IMG/VR virus record: IMGVR_UViG_3300022602_000036 | Coordinates: 32,001 to 96,000 of that record | Strand: one strand, 5' to 3' | Length of the DNA: 64,000 nt | From: a virus | In this document: positions 8,408-15,545 of the stretch, one piece after another | Numbering within the stretch: position 1 is the first letter of the stretch | Layout: every line of letters starts with the position of its first letter | Notes under the pieces: model-generated | What the model saw: only the letters and a program-made list of their open reading frames with translations | Databases searched by the model: none | What the model was told of the DNA's origin: nothing | Made by a program: the position numbers and the translations under genes

Positions 8408-8502
8408 GTCGCAGTTCCAGTTACATTAATCTCTCAGTTCAAAGCTGTTAGTGTGCAAAGGACACGAGAAAGTCAACTTCTTCTGGGTAGACTGTGACGC
8501 CA
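8408..8502 (+). ncRNA. tRNA-like structured RNA with acceptor-like stem and CCA end, non-cloverleaf
   Basis: GTCGCAGT/ACTGTGAC stem + GCCA; internal hairpins; no canonical T-arm. Confidence 0.6.
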
Positions 8503-8509
8503 AAATTTA

Positions 8510-8583
8510 GGGTCGTTAATTCAATGGGAGAATAGCTGGCTTTTAACCAGTCTACGACGGATCGTAACCGTCACGACTCACCA
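8510..8583 (+). tRNA. tRNA-Lys(TTT)
   Basis: CT-TTT-AA loop, atypical T-loop ATCGTAA, CCA. Confidence 0.9.
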
Positions 8584-8630
8584 AGTATTTTATAGATAGA
8601 GCTAAATAATAGTAATAAGGAGCTCTACCT

Positions 8631-9041
8631 ATGAAGTATTTTAATTGTTTATGTTGCGGAAAAGAAAATATCATTAAAGGCTATAGTTATACAGGAAAAT
8701 ATTGTAATAACAAATGTCAAGCAACACATCGCACAGCTAAATGGTTTGAAGATAATAAATTATTGTTTGAACAAGGTTTACTTAAGCATAGATCAGCAAT
8801 TAAAAAGTTTGTTAAATTAAGAGATGGTGAAATGTGTTCTATTTGCGGACAATCGCCAGAATATAATAACAAGCCGTTAGTTATGATTATAGATCATATT
8901 GATGGTGACGCAAGTAATAATATGCCGGATAATTTTAGATTAGTGTGTCCAAATTGCGACTCGCAGTTAGATACATATAAAGCACGAAATATAGGAAATG
9001 GTCGTGCTACTAAAGGTATGAAATGGTATAGTAGTTTATAA
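8631..9041 (+). CDS. HNH homing endonuclease
   Basis: CSICG...DHIDGDASNNMPDNFRLVCPNC. Confidence 0.9.
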   Translation: MKYFNCLCCGKENIIKGYSYTGKYCNNKCQATHRTAKWFEDNKLLFEQGLLKHRSAIKKFVKLRDGEMCSICGQSPEYNNKPLVMIIDHIDGDASNNMPDNFRLVCPNCDSQLDTYKARNIGNGRATKGMKWYSSL

Positions 9042-9043
9042 AT

Positions 9044-9119
9044 GCGGTATTAGCTCAATCGGGAGAGCACGGCACTGTCACTGCCGAGGTAAGGGGATCG
9101 AAACCCCTATATCGCGCCA
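9044..9119 (+). tRNA. tRNA-Asp(GTC)
   Basis: CGGCA-CT-GTC-AC-TGCCG, G discriminator, CCA. Confidence 0.9.
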
Positions 9120-9127
9120 AATAATTG

Positions 9128-9156
9128 TTGACAGCATTGTCTGTTAGCTATATAAT
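9128..9156 (+). promoter_or_regulatory. sigma70 promoter internal to the tRNA array
   Basis: TTGACA-N17-TATAAT. Confidence 0.8.
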
Positions 9157-9172
9157 GTTTATTAGAGTCATT

Positions 9173-9248
9173 GCTCCCATCGTCTAGAGGCCTAGGACAC
9201 CCGCCTTTCACGCAGGTAACACGAGTTCGAATCTCGTTGGGAGTACCA
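9173..9248 (+). tRNA. tRNA-Glu(TTC)
   Basis: CT-TTC-AC loop, one mismatch in the anticodon stem, CCA. Confidence 0.85.
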
Positions 9249-9261
9249 GTTTTAAAGTTAC

Positions 9262-9336
9262 GGGCTGTTGGTATACTTGGGAACACACCTGCCTTGCACG
9301 CAGGAGTACGGGGTTCGACTCCCCGACGGTCCACCA
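9262..9336 (+). tRNA. tRNA-Ala(TGC)
   Basis: CCTGC-CT-TGC-AC-GCAGG, G3-U70, CCA. Confidence 0.9.
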
Positions 9337-9344
9337 AATTAATT

Positions 9345-9419
9345 GCGCGGTTAGCTCAGCGGGAGAGCAGGGCCCTTACAAGGCCAAGGTCGAAAGTTCA
9401 ATCCTTTCACTGCGCACCA
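9345..9419 (+). tRNA. tRNA-Val(TAC)
   Basis: CT-TAC-AA loop, cloverleaf, CCA. Confidence 0.9.
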
Positions 9420-9442
9420 AGTTAGTAGTAGTAAAGTTTTAT

Positions 9443-9518
9443 TCCGGTCAAGCAAACACGGTGTAGGCGGTGGACTGTTAATCCATGAAGGTTGGTTCGA
9501 TTCCAACGACCGGAGCCA
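9443..9518 (+). tRNA. tRNA-Asn(GTT)
   Basis: GTGGA-CT-GTT-AA-TCCAT, GCCA end. Confidence 0.9.
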
Positions 9519-9525
9519 TTTTTAT

Positions 9526-9599
9526 AGTCTGTTAGTTCAATGGGAGAACAGTCGACTGATAATCGACAAACACTGGATCGTAACCAGTACGGACTACCA
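9526..9599 (+). tRNA. tRNA-Ile(GAT)
   Basis: GTCGA-CT-GAT-AA-TCGAC, T-loop ATCGTAA, CCA. Confidence 0.9.
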
Positions 9600-9604
9600 A
9601 GTAT

Positions 9605-9790
9605 TCCAACCACATCGCGTTTAGGGTGAAGTAGGGCGTGCCAATAAAACCCTGTAAGATCAAAAATACCTACCAAGCAAGGAGGAATCACAGCGCAAGC
9701 TGAAGAACAATGTGGTGACTTGCTACCCGGGAGAAAGCTGTAACATTACGTATTCGAGGTTAGGAGAGTACAGCAAACCGCCCACTTATT
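9605..9790 (+). ncRNA. Putative pseudoknotted ncRNA of unknown class
   Basis: Several complementary helices with crossing pairings in a ~185-nt inter-tRNA spacer. Confidence 0.55.
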
Positions 9791-9792
9791 TT

Positions 9793-9882
9793 GGAAGCGT
9801 GGCAGAGCCTGGCTGATTGCACCTGTCTTGAAAACAGACAAGGGGAAACCCTTCGTGAGTTCGAATCTCACCGCTTCCGCCA
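9793..9882 (+). tRNA. tRNA-Ser(TGA)
   Basis: CT-TGA-AA, long variable arm, GCCA. Confidence 0.9.
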
Positions 9883-9893
9883 AATATTTTTAT

Positions 9894-9985
9894 CCTTCTG
9901 TAGTTCAATGGTAGAACGGCTCCCTTATAAGGAGTGAGTGCTAGATAAGCCGCTAATGGGGGTTCGAGTCCCTCCAGAAGGACCA
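9894..9985 (+). tRNA. tRNA with TAT anticodon (Ile, AUA-reading) and long variable arm
   Basis: GCTCC-CT-TAT-AA-GGAGT, ~22-nt variable region, ACCA. Confidence 0.85.
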
Positions 9986-9987
9986 AT

Positions 9988-10061
9988 GCTCTTATAGTTA
10001 AGTGGCATAACGCATCCATGGTAAGGATGTATTCCAAGTTCGATTCTTGGTGAGAGCACCA
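9988..10061 (+). tRNA. tRNA-Thr(GGT)
   Basis: CATCC-AT-GGT-AA-GGATG, CCA. Confidence 0.9.
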
Positions 10062-10073
10062 AAAAAGTTTAAT

Positions 10074-10147
10074 TGGCTCATGGTGTAGTGGTAGCACAAC
10101 AGGTTTTGATCCTGTTAGTCCTAGTTCGATTCTAGGTGGGCCTGCCA
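10074..10147 (+). tRNA. tRNA-Gln(TTG)
   Basis: ACAGG-TT-TTG-AT-CCTGT, GCCA. Confidence 0.9.
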
Positions 10148-10161
10148 AATAAATAAAGAAC

Positions 10162-10275
10162 AGTCCGGAGCATGCGAGTCCTACGATAAGTAGGAGAAAA
10201 CTCCACTTATAGCTGGAATTTACCAGTGAACCCTATGGACGCATAGGGCTACGGGCATCCTGGGGGACAACTCCA
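10162..10275 (+). ncRNA. Putative multi-hairpin ncRNA of unknown class
   Basis: TCCTAC/GTAGGA, CTGG/CCAG and CCCTATG/CATAGGG hairpins enclosed by ATGC/GCAT and GTCC/GGAC. Confidence 0.5.
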
Positions 10276-10331
10276 ACCTAATTAAAATGGTAGCACAGCA
10301 GTTTTGTATAAATAATATAGTGGAGATAAAA

Positions 10332-10934
10332 ATGTTCTATATTATATACAAGACTACAAATTTAATCGATAATAAAATTTATGTCGGATCGCACCAAACT
10401 AAAGAGTTGAATGACGATTACTTAGGGTCCGGAAAGTATCTTAAGCGTGCTATTTCTAAACACGGAAAGCAAAATTTTACTAAAGAGATTTTACATGTGT
10501 TTGACAATAAACAAGACATGTTTAATAAAGAACGCGAAATAGTAAATGAAGAATTTGTTAAGGATACAAATACATACAATTTCAAAATAGGCGGCTCGGG
10601 TGGTAATCCAGGCATTGTGGGTGCATTTTCTGGTAAAAAACATTCGCAAGAGTCGATTGAAAAAATAAGATTGTCTGCCCTTGCCCAAGGAACAACAGAT
10701 GAAAAAAGAAGAAAATGTTCTGTTAATAATTGGGCAAAACAAGACCCAGACGCATTTAGAAAACACGCATCACGCATAAACAAAGATATCCCTAAAACAG
10801 ATACACATAGAAATGCGCTAGCAAAGGCACAGCTAGGACGAAAGATGATGAACAATGGTACAGTATCTAGTTTTATTAAAGCTGATGATATAAATGAATA
10901 TTTAGAAAAAGGGTGGACACTAGGCCACCATTAA
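10332..10934 (+). CDS. GIY-YIG (Seg-like) homing endonuclease with NUMOD3 motif
   Basis: IIYKTTNLIDNKIYVG, YLGSG..LKRAI.KHG..NF, GKKHSQES; GGAG RBS before ATG 10332. Confidence 0.9.
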   Translation: MFYIIYKTTNLIDNKIYVGSHQTKELNDDYLGSGKYLKRAISKHGKQNFTKEILHVFDNKQDMFNKEREIVNEEFVKDTNTYNFKIGGSGGNPGIVGAFSGKKHSQESIEKIRLSALAQGTTDEKRRKCSVNNWAKQDPDAFRKHASRINKDIPKTDTHRNALAKAQLGRKMMNNGTVSSFIKADDINEYLEKGWTLGHH

Positions 10935-10942
10935 CAATCAAT

Positions 10943-11016
10943 TACCCCATAGTGTAACGGCAGCACGCGAAGCTCCAAACTTCTTAGTCGCGGTTCAAAT
11001 CCGTGTGGGGTAGCCA
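10943..11016 (+). tRNA. tRNA-Trp(CCA)
   Basis: CT-CCA-AA loop, TACCCCA/TGGGGTA acceptor, GCCA. Confidence 0.9.
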
Positions 11017-11023
11017 TTTTTAC

Positions 11024-11101
11024 GCAACGGTACCAGAGTGGCCTAATGGCGGGGACTGCAAATCCCTAAAGCCGCCGGTTCAAATCCGGCCCTGTGCTCC
11101 A
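11024..11101 (+). tRNA. tRNA-Cys(GCA)
   Basis: GGGGA-CT-GCA-AA-TCCCT, U discriminator, imperfect acceptor stem. Confidence 0.8.
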
Positions 11102-11123
11102 AGAATAAATGTAAATATATACT

Positions 11124-11699
11124 ATGTTAACAATGGATTTTATTGACGGCTCATATCCAGATTTCATTCATCGATTAGATGATTTTTTGGAATTGGTCCC
11201 ATCTGGGCATGCTAAATGTTCTAAGAATGATATACTATTTTTATATTCAATCATCTATTCTAAAAAACCAGAAAATGTATTAGAAATAGGCCGTAGTTAT
11301 GGCACATCAACTTTGACTATATGTGGTGCTTTAACGGACAATAATAAAGGTAAATTATATTCAATTGATGTGGAAAACTTATTGCCAAAAGATATAGCAA
11401 ATATAATTGATAAAAGAACTCAATTGATTACTAATTCAAGTGAATACCTATTAGATGAAATCAATGATGTTAAATTTGGTGTTACATTCATTGATGGCGA
11501 TCATTCATACGAGATGGCCAAAAATGATATTATTAAATCCATGACACTATCAGAAGATGAAGCAATCATACTTTGTCATGATTCAGACATGTTAGGAGTA
11601 CAACAGGCTATCAACGAAGTCTGTGGTATGTATCCAACTAGCTTATTAAATTGTGGAGTATTTGGAGAAAAGATCCAAATGCTCATAGTCCGTAAATAA
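11124..11699 (+). CDS. Class I SAM-dependent methyltransferase (Methyltransf_24-like)
   Basis: VLEIGRSYGTST, FIDGDHSYE, ILCHD. Confidence 0.85.
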   Translation: MLTMDFIDGSYPDFIHRLDDFLELVPSGHAKCSKNDILFLYSIIYSKKPENVLEIGRSYGTSTLTICGALTDNNKGKLYSIDVENLLPKDIANIIDKRTQLITNSSEYLLDEINDVKFGVTFIDGDHSYEMAKNDIIKSMTLSEDEAIILCHDSDMLGVQQAINEVCGMYPTSLLNCGVFGEKIQMLIVRK

Positions 11700-11707
11700 T
11701 CCAACAT

Positions 11708-11784
11708 AGCAATATAGCTCAGCTGGCCAGAGCAGATCCTTCATACGGATAAGGTCACTAGTTCGAATCTAGTTATTGCTACCA
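11708..11784 (+). tRNA. tRNA-Met(CAT)
   Basis: TT-CAT-AC loop, cloverleaf, CCA; Met versus Ile2 identity not certain. Confidence 0.8.
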
Positions 11785-11785
11785 T

Positions 11786-11863
11786 GCCTCCATAGCTCAT
11801 TTGGATTAGAGCATTTGGCTACGAACCAAAAGGTGGGGAGTTCGAATCTCTCTGGGGGCTCCA
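11786..11863 (+). tRNA. tRNA-Arg(ACG)
   Basis: TTTGG-CT-ACG-AA-CCAAA, CCA. Confidence 0.9.
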
Positions 11864-11871
11864 GTTTTAAT

Positions 11872-11945
11872 GCAGGATTAGTTTAATGGTAAAACGAAAC
11901 GTTGCCAACGTCTAGTCACGAGTTCGATTCTCGTATCCTGCTCCA
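11872..11945 (+). tRNA. tRNA-Gly(GCC)
   Basis: TT-GCC-AA loop, TCCA end. Confidence 0.9.
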
Positions 11946-11947
11946 AT

Positions 11948-12022
11948 GGTGTCTATAATGTAGCGGTAACATTCAGGATTGTGATTCCTGCATCACGGGT
12001 TCGAACCCCGTTAGACACCCCA
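11948..12022 (+). tRNA. tRNA-His(GTG)
   Basis: CAGGA-TT-GTG-AT-TCCTG, G-1:C73. Confidence 0.9.
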
Positions 12023-12023
12023 C

Positions 12024-12052
12024 TTGACATTTTGATTAAATGACTGTATAAT
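12024..12052 (+). promoter_or_regulatory. sigma70 promoter
   Basis: TTGACA-N17-TATAAT; ATG 6 nt downstream. Confidence 0.85.
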
Positions 12053-12058
12053 ACACAT

Positions 12059-12223
12059 ATGAAAAATAAAAATACATACACCAAGTTCCAAGAAGCAGAA
12101 GATGCTGAAACAGCCTATGCTATGGTATTATCTGGGCAGTGGACTGTTGAACGATTTGCTGAATGGCACGATCAGGTCAAACATATTGAATATATGTATG
12201 CCACAGCAGATGAGAGTTTCTGA
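12059..12223 (+). CDS. Hypothetical protein (54 aa, probably leaderless)
   Basis: ORF MKNKNTYTKFQEAE... at the predicted transcription start; abuts the next ORF. Confidence 0.6.
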   Translation: MKNKNTYTKFQEAEDAETAYAMVLSGQWTVERFAEWHDQVKHIEYMYATADESF

Positions 12224-12481
12224 GTGACTGAAGAACAACAATTAGCCTGGGATATATTAAGCACACCTGACAATGCGGACTTTAAAGAGTACCGCAGAAT
12301 GCACTATGCAACATGGCTAACTAAAGAACGCAAGGTATTACTAATATCTGATATGGAAACAGGTTATATTATTAACTGTATTAACATGCTAGAAGCATTA
12401 GGACAAGAAACTACTTTAGCCTACGCAGGCTTAATTGATGAACTAGGAAGGCGAGGGCATGAATATGAAAACCAAATTTGA
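12224..12481 (+). CDS. Hypothetical protein
   Basis: ORF track, operon packing. Confidence 0.6.
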   Translation: MTEEQQLAWDILSTPDNADFKEYRRMHYATWLTKERKVLLISDMETGYIINCINMLEALGQETTLAYAGLIDELGRRGHEYENQI

Positions 12482-12812
12482 TTGGAATGGTCTAAGTGAT
12501 TTACCTGATGTAAGTCAAGAAGCACTTAAGAACTATTTCTTATATGCTCTACCACCAGGTAGTTTCTTAACCAGTTTGTTAAGTTGCGATCCGTGGACCG
12601 ATGTTATTGCACGTGCAGACCATTGGAACAAAACACGCTTAAAAGAATATTCACTATGGCTACAGGACTTTGCTCCGCCAGGTAGTTGGGGTAGCCAAGA
12701 TATTGTTGCTGATTGGTTGCGTAAAGGTTCTGCTTACGAACAGTTCCAAAAGTCTATGACTTGGGAAATACTACAAGCAAATGAATATGAATCAAAAGAC
12801 TATGACTTCTAA
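12459..12812 (+). CDS. Hypothetical protein
   Basis: ORF track, operon packing. Confidence 0.7.
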   Translation: MNMKTKFDWNGLSDLPDVSQEALKNYFLYALPPGSFLTSLLSCDPWTDVIARADHWNKTRLKEYSLWLQDFAPPGSWGSQDIVADWLRKGSAYEQFQKSMTWEILQANEYESKDYDF

Positions 12813-12996
12813 GCAACAACCAAGTTGGGTTGAGACACGAGAAGCTCTTCGTACACATGTTGAGGAGCCTCCTGTGTTTGTAGGAGAAATGGGCGTCGCA
12901 GGAGTTATAGATGGTCTATTACCCAACGGTGAACCATATGGTTGGTATAAACGTCGTGGTACTAAAGATACCAAGTTCAAAGGCAGGAAAGTTTAA
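12802..12996 (+). CDS. Hypothetical protein
   Basis: ORF track; internal ATG chosen. Confidence 0.6.
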   Translation: MTSKQQPSWVETREALRTHVEEPPVFVGEMGVAGVIDGLLPNGEPYGWYKRRGTKDTKFKGRKV

Positions 12997-13001
12997 ACTG
13001 A

Positions 13002-13196
13002 ATGAATAAGATTAATTTTAGTGTTAATGAGTTTCCAAAATTGTGTAAAGAATTTTATAGGCAAGACTATATTAATTGGATAACATTTTTGTCTGACCTA
13101 GGATATAAGTTTACCTGGCAACATTACGCCAGTAAACGAAAATATGTAGAAATGGACGAAGATGAATTTACTTTATTCTTGTTAAGGTGGGCATAA
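13002..13196 (+). CDS. Hypothetical protein
   Basis: ORF track; ends FLLRWA. Confidence 0.6.
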   Translation: MNKINFSVNEFPKLCKEFYRQDYINWITFLSDLGYKFTWQHYASKRKYVEMDEDEFTLFLLRWA

Positions 13197-13579
13197 TGGA
13201 CTTTACAATTAACCCAGAGTATATGACTAGTGTGACTATTCATAAAGAATGGAATTCTTATACGAATAATGGTCGTGTGCCAACCAATGATGAACTGCTA
13301 TTAATCCTACAAGGTAAAGGTAAGTGTAGTAGCACAAGTTCAGAAGACCACCCAGAGTTTGCCCGTTTGCGTGAGCAGTTAGGCGAGCTAGGTTACATTC
13401 ATATCCAACGTGGTCAGTGGAATGGCGATAGAGTTCTAAAGCCGTTCAAACTTAACGGCAGAAAGTTCAAAGAGGGTGATCGGTTTAGCTGTGGTGCGGC
13501 AATGGGTACGCATCTTGCTGTCCGTGCTAAACACCCAGAATATTATAAGGATGAGTACGATGATGAAACCGTGGATTGA
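13196..13579 (+). CDS. Hypothetical protein
   Basis: TAATG overlap with the upstream gene. Confidence 0.65.
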   Translation: MDFTINPEYMTSVTIHKEWNSYTNNGRVPTNDELLLILQGKGKCSSTSSEDHPEFARLREQLGELGYIHIQRGQWNGDRVLKPFKLNGRKFKEGDRFSCGAAMGTHLAVRAKHPEYYKDEYDDETVD

Positions 13580-13979
13580 AAATATTAGTCTTGATGATGT
13601 TCGCAAGGGATATCACTACGACCCAGGTTTCAACAGTATGCTGATCCAGATTGTAGATCCTGGTGTAGAGTTTCCAACGCCTAAACATCAGTTCCGTAAG
13701 ACCTATCAGTTCTACTTCCTAGACGTAGAAGACAATGAGCCTGACGGTTGTTTGTATGATGCAGCAATTACCAATGAAGATGCTAAAGGTATTGCTGAAG
13801 CATTACGTGAAGCATGGAATGAACATATGAATGTAGTGGTACACTGCCATATGGGTGTAGCACGCAGTGGTGCAGTAGCAGAAGTTGGCGTTATGATTGG
13901 GTTTAGAGATACAGAGAAATTTCGTATTCCTAACTTGATGGTCAAACACAAGCTAATGCACTATTTAGGTTTAGTTTAA
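13560..13979 (+). CDS. Dual-specificity/tyrosine phosphatase-like protein
   Basis: VVHCHMGVARS (HCx5R) motif. Confidence 0.8.
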   Translation: MMKPWIENISLDDVRKGYHYDPGFNSMLIQIVDPGVEFPTPKHQFRKTYQFYFLDVEDNEPDGCLYDAAITNEDAKGIAEALREAWNEHMNVVVHCHMGVARSGAVAEVGVMIGFRDTEKFRIPNLMVKHKLMHYLGLV

Positions 13980-13981
13980 AT

Positions 13982-14057
13982 GCTACCTTAGCTCATCTGG
14001 TAGAGCACCGGCCTGAAGAGTCGGGTGTGCTTGGTTCAAGTCCAAGAGGTAGCACCA
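13982..14057 (+). tRNA. tRNA-Phe(GAA)
   Basis: CCGGC-CT-GAA-GA-GTCGG, CCA. Confidence 0.9.
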
Positions 14058-14077
14058 ACGTTAAATAAAGGTATAAC

Positions 14078-14548
14078 ATGAAAAAATTAGACATCAATTA
14101 TGTCCGTGATTACATAGAATCACAGAGCGCAGAAACCAAAGTCTACATTGGTGGAGACAGCCGTCGTTTCCGTAAAAATGGCAAATGGTATGCTGAATAC
14201 ACCTTGGCAGTGGTTGTACACCTTAACGGTAAAAACGGCTGTAAGATCTTTGGTGAAAGCTCAGTTGAAGTTGACTATGATCAAAAGCGTAGTCGTCCAG
14301 CTATGCGTCTAATGAACGAAGTATATAAGATTTCAGAACTATACCTTAAACTGCACGAAGTATTAGAAGATCGTGAAGTTGAAGTTCACTTAGACATTAA
14401 CCCTGATGAAATGCATGGGTCAAGCTGTGTGGTGCAACAAGCAATTGGTTATATCCGTGGTACCTGTAATGTCATACCATTGGTTAAACCAAATGCGTTT
14501 GCGGCTAGCTATGCGGCAGACCGTCTACATCACGTAGTAAATGGTTGA
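14078..14548 (+). CDS. RNase H-like YkuK-family protein
   Basis: VYIGGDS, RLMNEV, EVHLDIN, KPNAFAASYAAD. Confidence 0.8.
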   Translation: MKKLDINYVRDYIESQSAETKVYIGGDSRRFRKNGKWYAEYTLAVVVHLNGKNGCKIFGESSVEVDYDQKRSRPAMRLMNEVYKISELYLKLHEVLEDREVEVHLDINPDEMHGSSCVVQQAIGYIRGTCNVIPLVKPNAFAASYAADRLHHVVNG

Positions 14549-14573
14549 CACAGCGGCCAAATGAGCGTATAAT
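14545..14573 (+). promoter_or_regulatory. sigma70 promoter for tRNA sub-cluster
   Basis: TTGACA-N17-TATAAT. Confidence 0.8.
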
Positions 14574-14592
14574 ATATGCTTGTTTGGTTAAT

Positions 14593-14666
14593 GCGGGATT
14601 AGTTTAATGGCAGAACAAGAGATTTCCAATCTTTTGGTGAGGGTTCGATTCCCTTATCCCGCTCCA
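14593..14666 (+). tRNA. tRNA-Gly(TCC)
   Basis: TT-TCC-AA loop, TCCA. Confidence 0.9.
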
Positions 14667-14673
14667 TTTTACA

Positions 14674-14750
14674 GGGCCTATAGCTTAATTGGTTGAAGCA
14701 ACAAACTCATAATTTGGAGATTCCTGGTTCAAGTCCAGGTGGGCCCACCA
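14674..14750 (+). tRNA. tRNA(CAT), probably Ile2 (lysidine type)
   Basis: CT-CAT-AA loop; GGGCCTA acceptor resembles Ile tRNAs. Confidence 0.75.
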
Positions 14751-14752
14751 AA

Positions 14753-14827
14753 CCGGTGTTAGTTAAATGGATATAACAGGGGATTTCTACTCCCTAGTTG
14801 GGGGTTCGATTCCCTCACGCCGGACCA
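14753..14827 (+). tRNA. tRNA-Arg(TCT)
   Basis: GGGGA-TT-TCT-AC-TCCCT, CCA. Confidence 0.85.
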
Positions 14828-14834
14828 TAAGTAT

Positions 14835-14863
14835 TTGACATAGTCACTAAAAGGCAGTATAAT
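14835..14863 (+). promoter_or_regulatory. sigma70 promoter
   Basis: TTGACA-N17-TATAAT directly abutting ATG 14864, so it would start inside that ORF and feed the downstream RNAs. Confidence 0.7.
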
Positions 14864-15103
14864 ATGAAATATACGCAAGAAGAGATTATTGAACTGGCCA
14901 AAGAAGTAGAGCTCAGTGATATGATTGATTGGGAAGGCCTGCCTTTAGAAAAAGATAGAATCTATCAAATCGTTGGCAGTCAAGCCTATGAAGTGTATGA
15001 AGAATTTACCAATAGTGCTGATGGTGAAGCAATACTGTTAGCCACAGTAACTAAGTTATTAGTAGAGAATTTTGTTCTTAACCTTAGGGTTAATAACGTT
15101 TAA
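14864..15103 (+). CDS. Hypothetical protein
   Basis: ORF track. Confidence 0.65.
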   Translation: MKYTQEEIIELAKEVELSDMIDWEGLPLEKDRIYQIVGSQAYEVYEEFTNSADGEAILLATVTKLLVENFVLNLRVNNV

Positions 15104-15109
15104 GTTGAT

Positions 15110-15184
15110 AGCGGTGGTGGAGCAATTGGCAGCTCGCCAGCCTCATAAGCTGGAGACCAGGTTCGAGTCCTGCGACCGCAACCA
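15110..15184 (+). tRNA. tRNA-Met(CAT), initiator-like
   Basis: CCAGC-CT-CAT-AA-GCTGG, A11-U24, unpaired first position; irregular acceptor/T stems. Confidence 0.75.
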
Positions 15185-15187
15185 ACA

Positions 15188-15395
15188 CTAGGTTACACTT
15201 TTCCTTAAAGAAAGTGGGTCATTGGTGATACCATAACGCCAGGGTGCGCACGATAAAGTTTAGCGACTACCTCTAAGTCCCATTGCCGGGAGCCTTGAAA
15301 GTATCGTGGGTGTTTTGCTGTTTTTAACCACAAAGCAAACAGACGGACAGAGTAACCGCTCAGTTCTGGGCCAGGTAGTGCTGGTAGCAGGACAC
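15188..15395 (+). ncRNA. Putative ~200-nt structured ncRNA of unknown class
   Basis: GGTTAC/GTAACC, CACTTTT/GAAAGTG, CACGATA/TATCGTG, TTTGCT/AGCAAA and other helices. Confidence 0.55.
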
Positions 15396-15398
15396 AAT

Positions 15399-15474
15399 GC
15401 ATCTATCGTCTAGAGGCCTAGGACACCGCCCTTTCACGGCGGGAACACGAGTTCGAATCTCGTTAGATGTACCA
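15399..15474 (+). tRNA. tRNA-Glu(TTC), second copy
   Basis: CCGCC-CT-TTC-AC-GGCGG, CCA. Confidence 0.9.
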
Positions 15475-15545
15475 ATTAATTTTGGTAATTACAATAAATG
15501 ACATTTTTCAATGTGTTTAGCTAAATAAACATAAGGAGATATAAA

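Noticed and set aside
8408-8502. Selenocysteine tRNA (TCA within TTCAAA)
   Set aside because: No D/T arms or SelC-type arm arrangement; kept as an unknown tRNA-like RNA
9605-9790. RNase P RNA
   Set aside because: Short matches (GAGGAA, AGCAAACCGCC) are not in RNase P order and the P4 consensus is missing
8127-10148. ORF-track proteins overlapping the tRNAs (8127-8312, 9107-9337, 9171-9425, 9422-9691, 9786-10148)
   Set aside because: Shadow ORFs of tRNA/ncRNA genes
10148-10942. Group I intron housing the GIY-YIG gene
   Set aside because: Flanking tRNA-Gln and tRNA-Trp are intact and no P7 core was recognised; the endonuclease looks free-standing
14753-14827. Possible amber suppressor tRNA (CTA) implying stop-codon recoding
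   Set aside because: The 5-bp stem places TCT (Arg) at the anticodon; genes end normally in TAA, TAG and TGA
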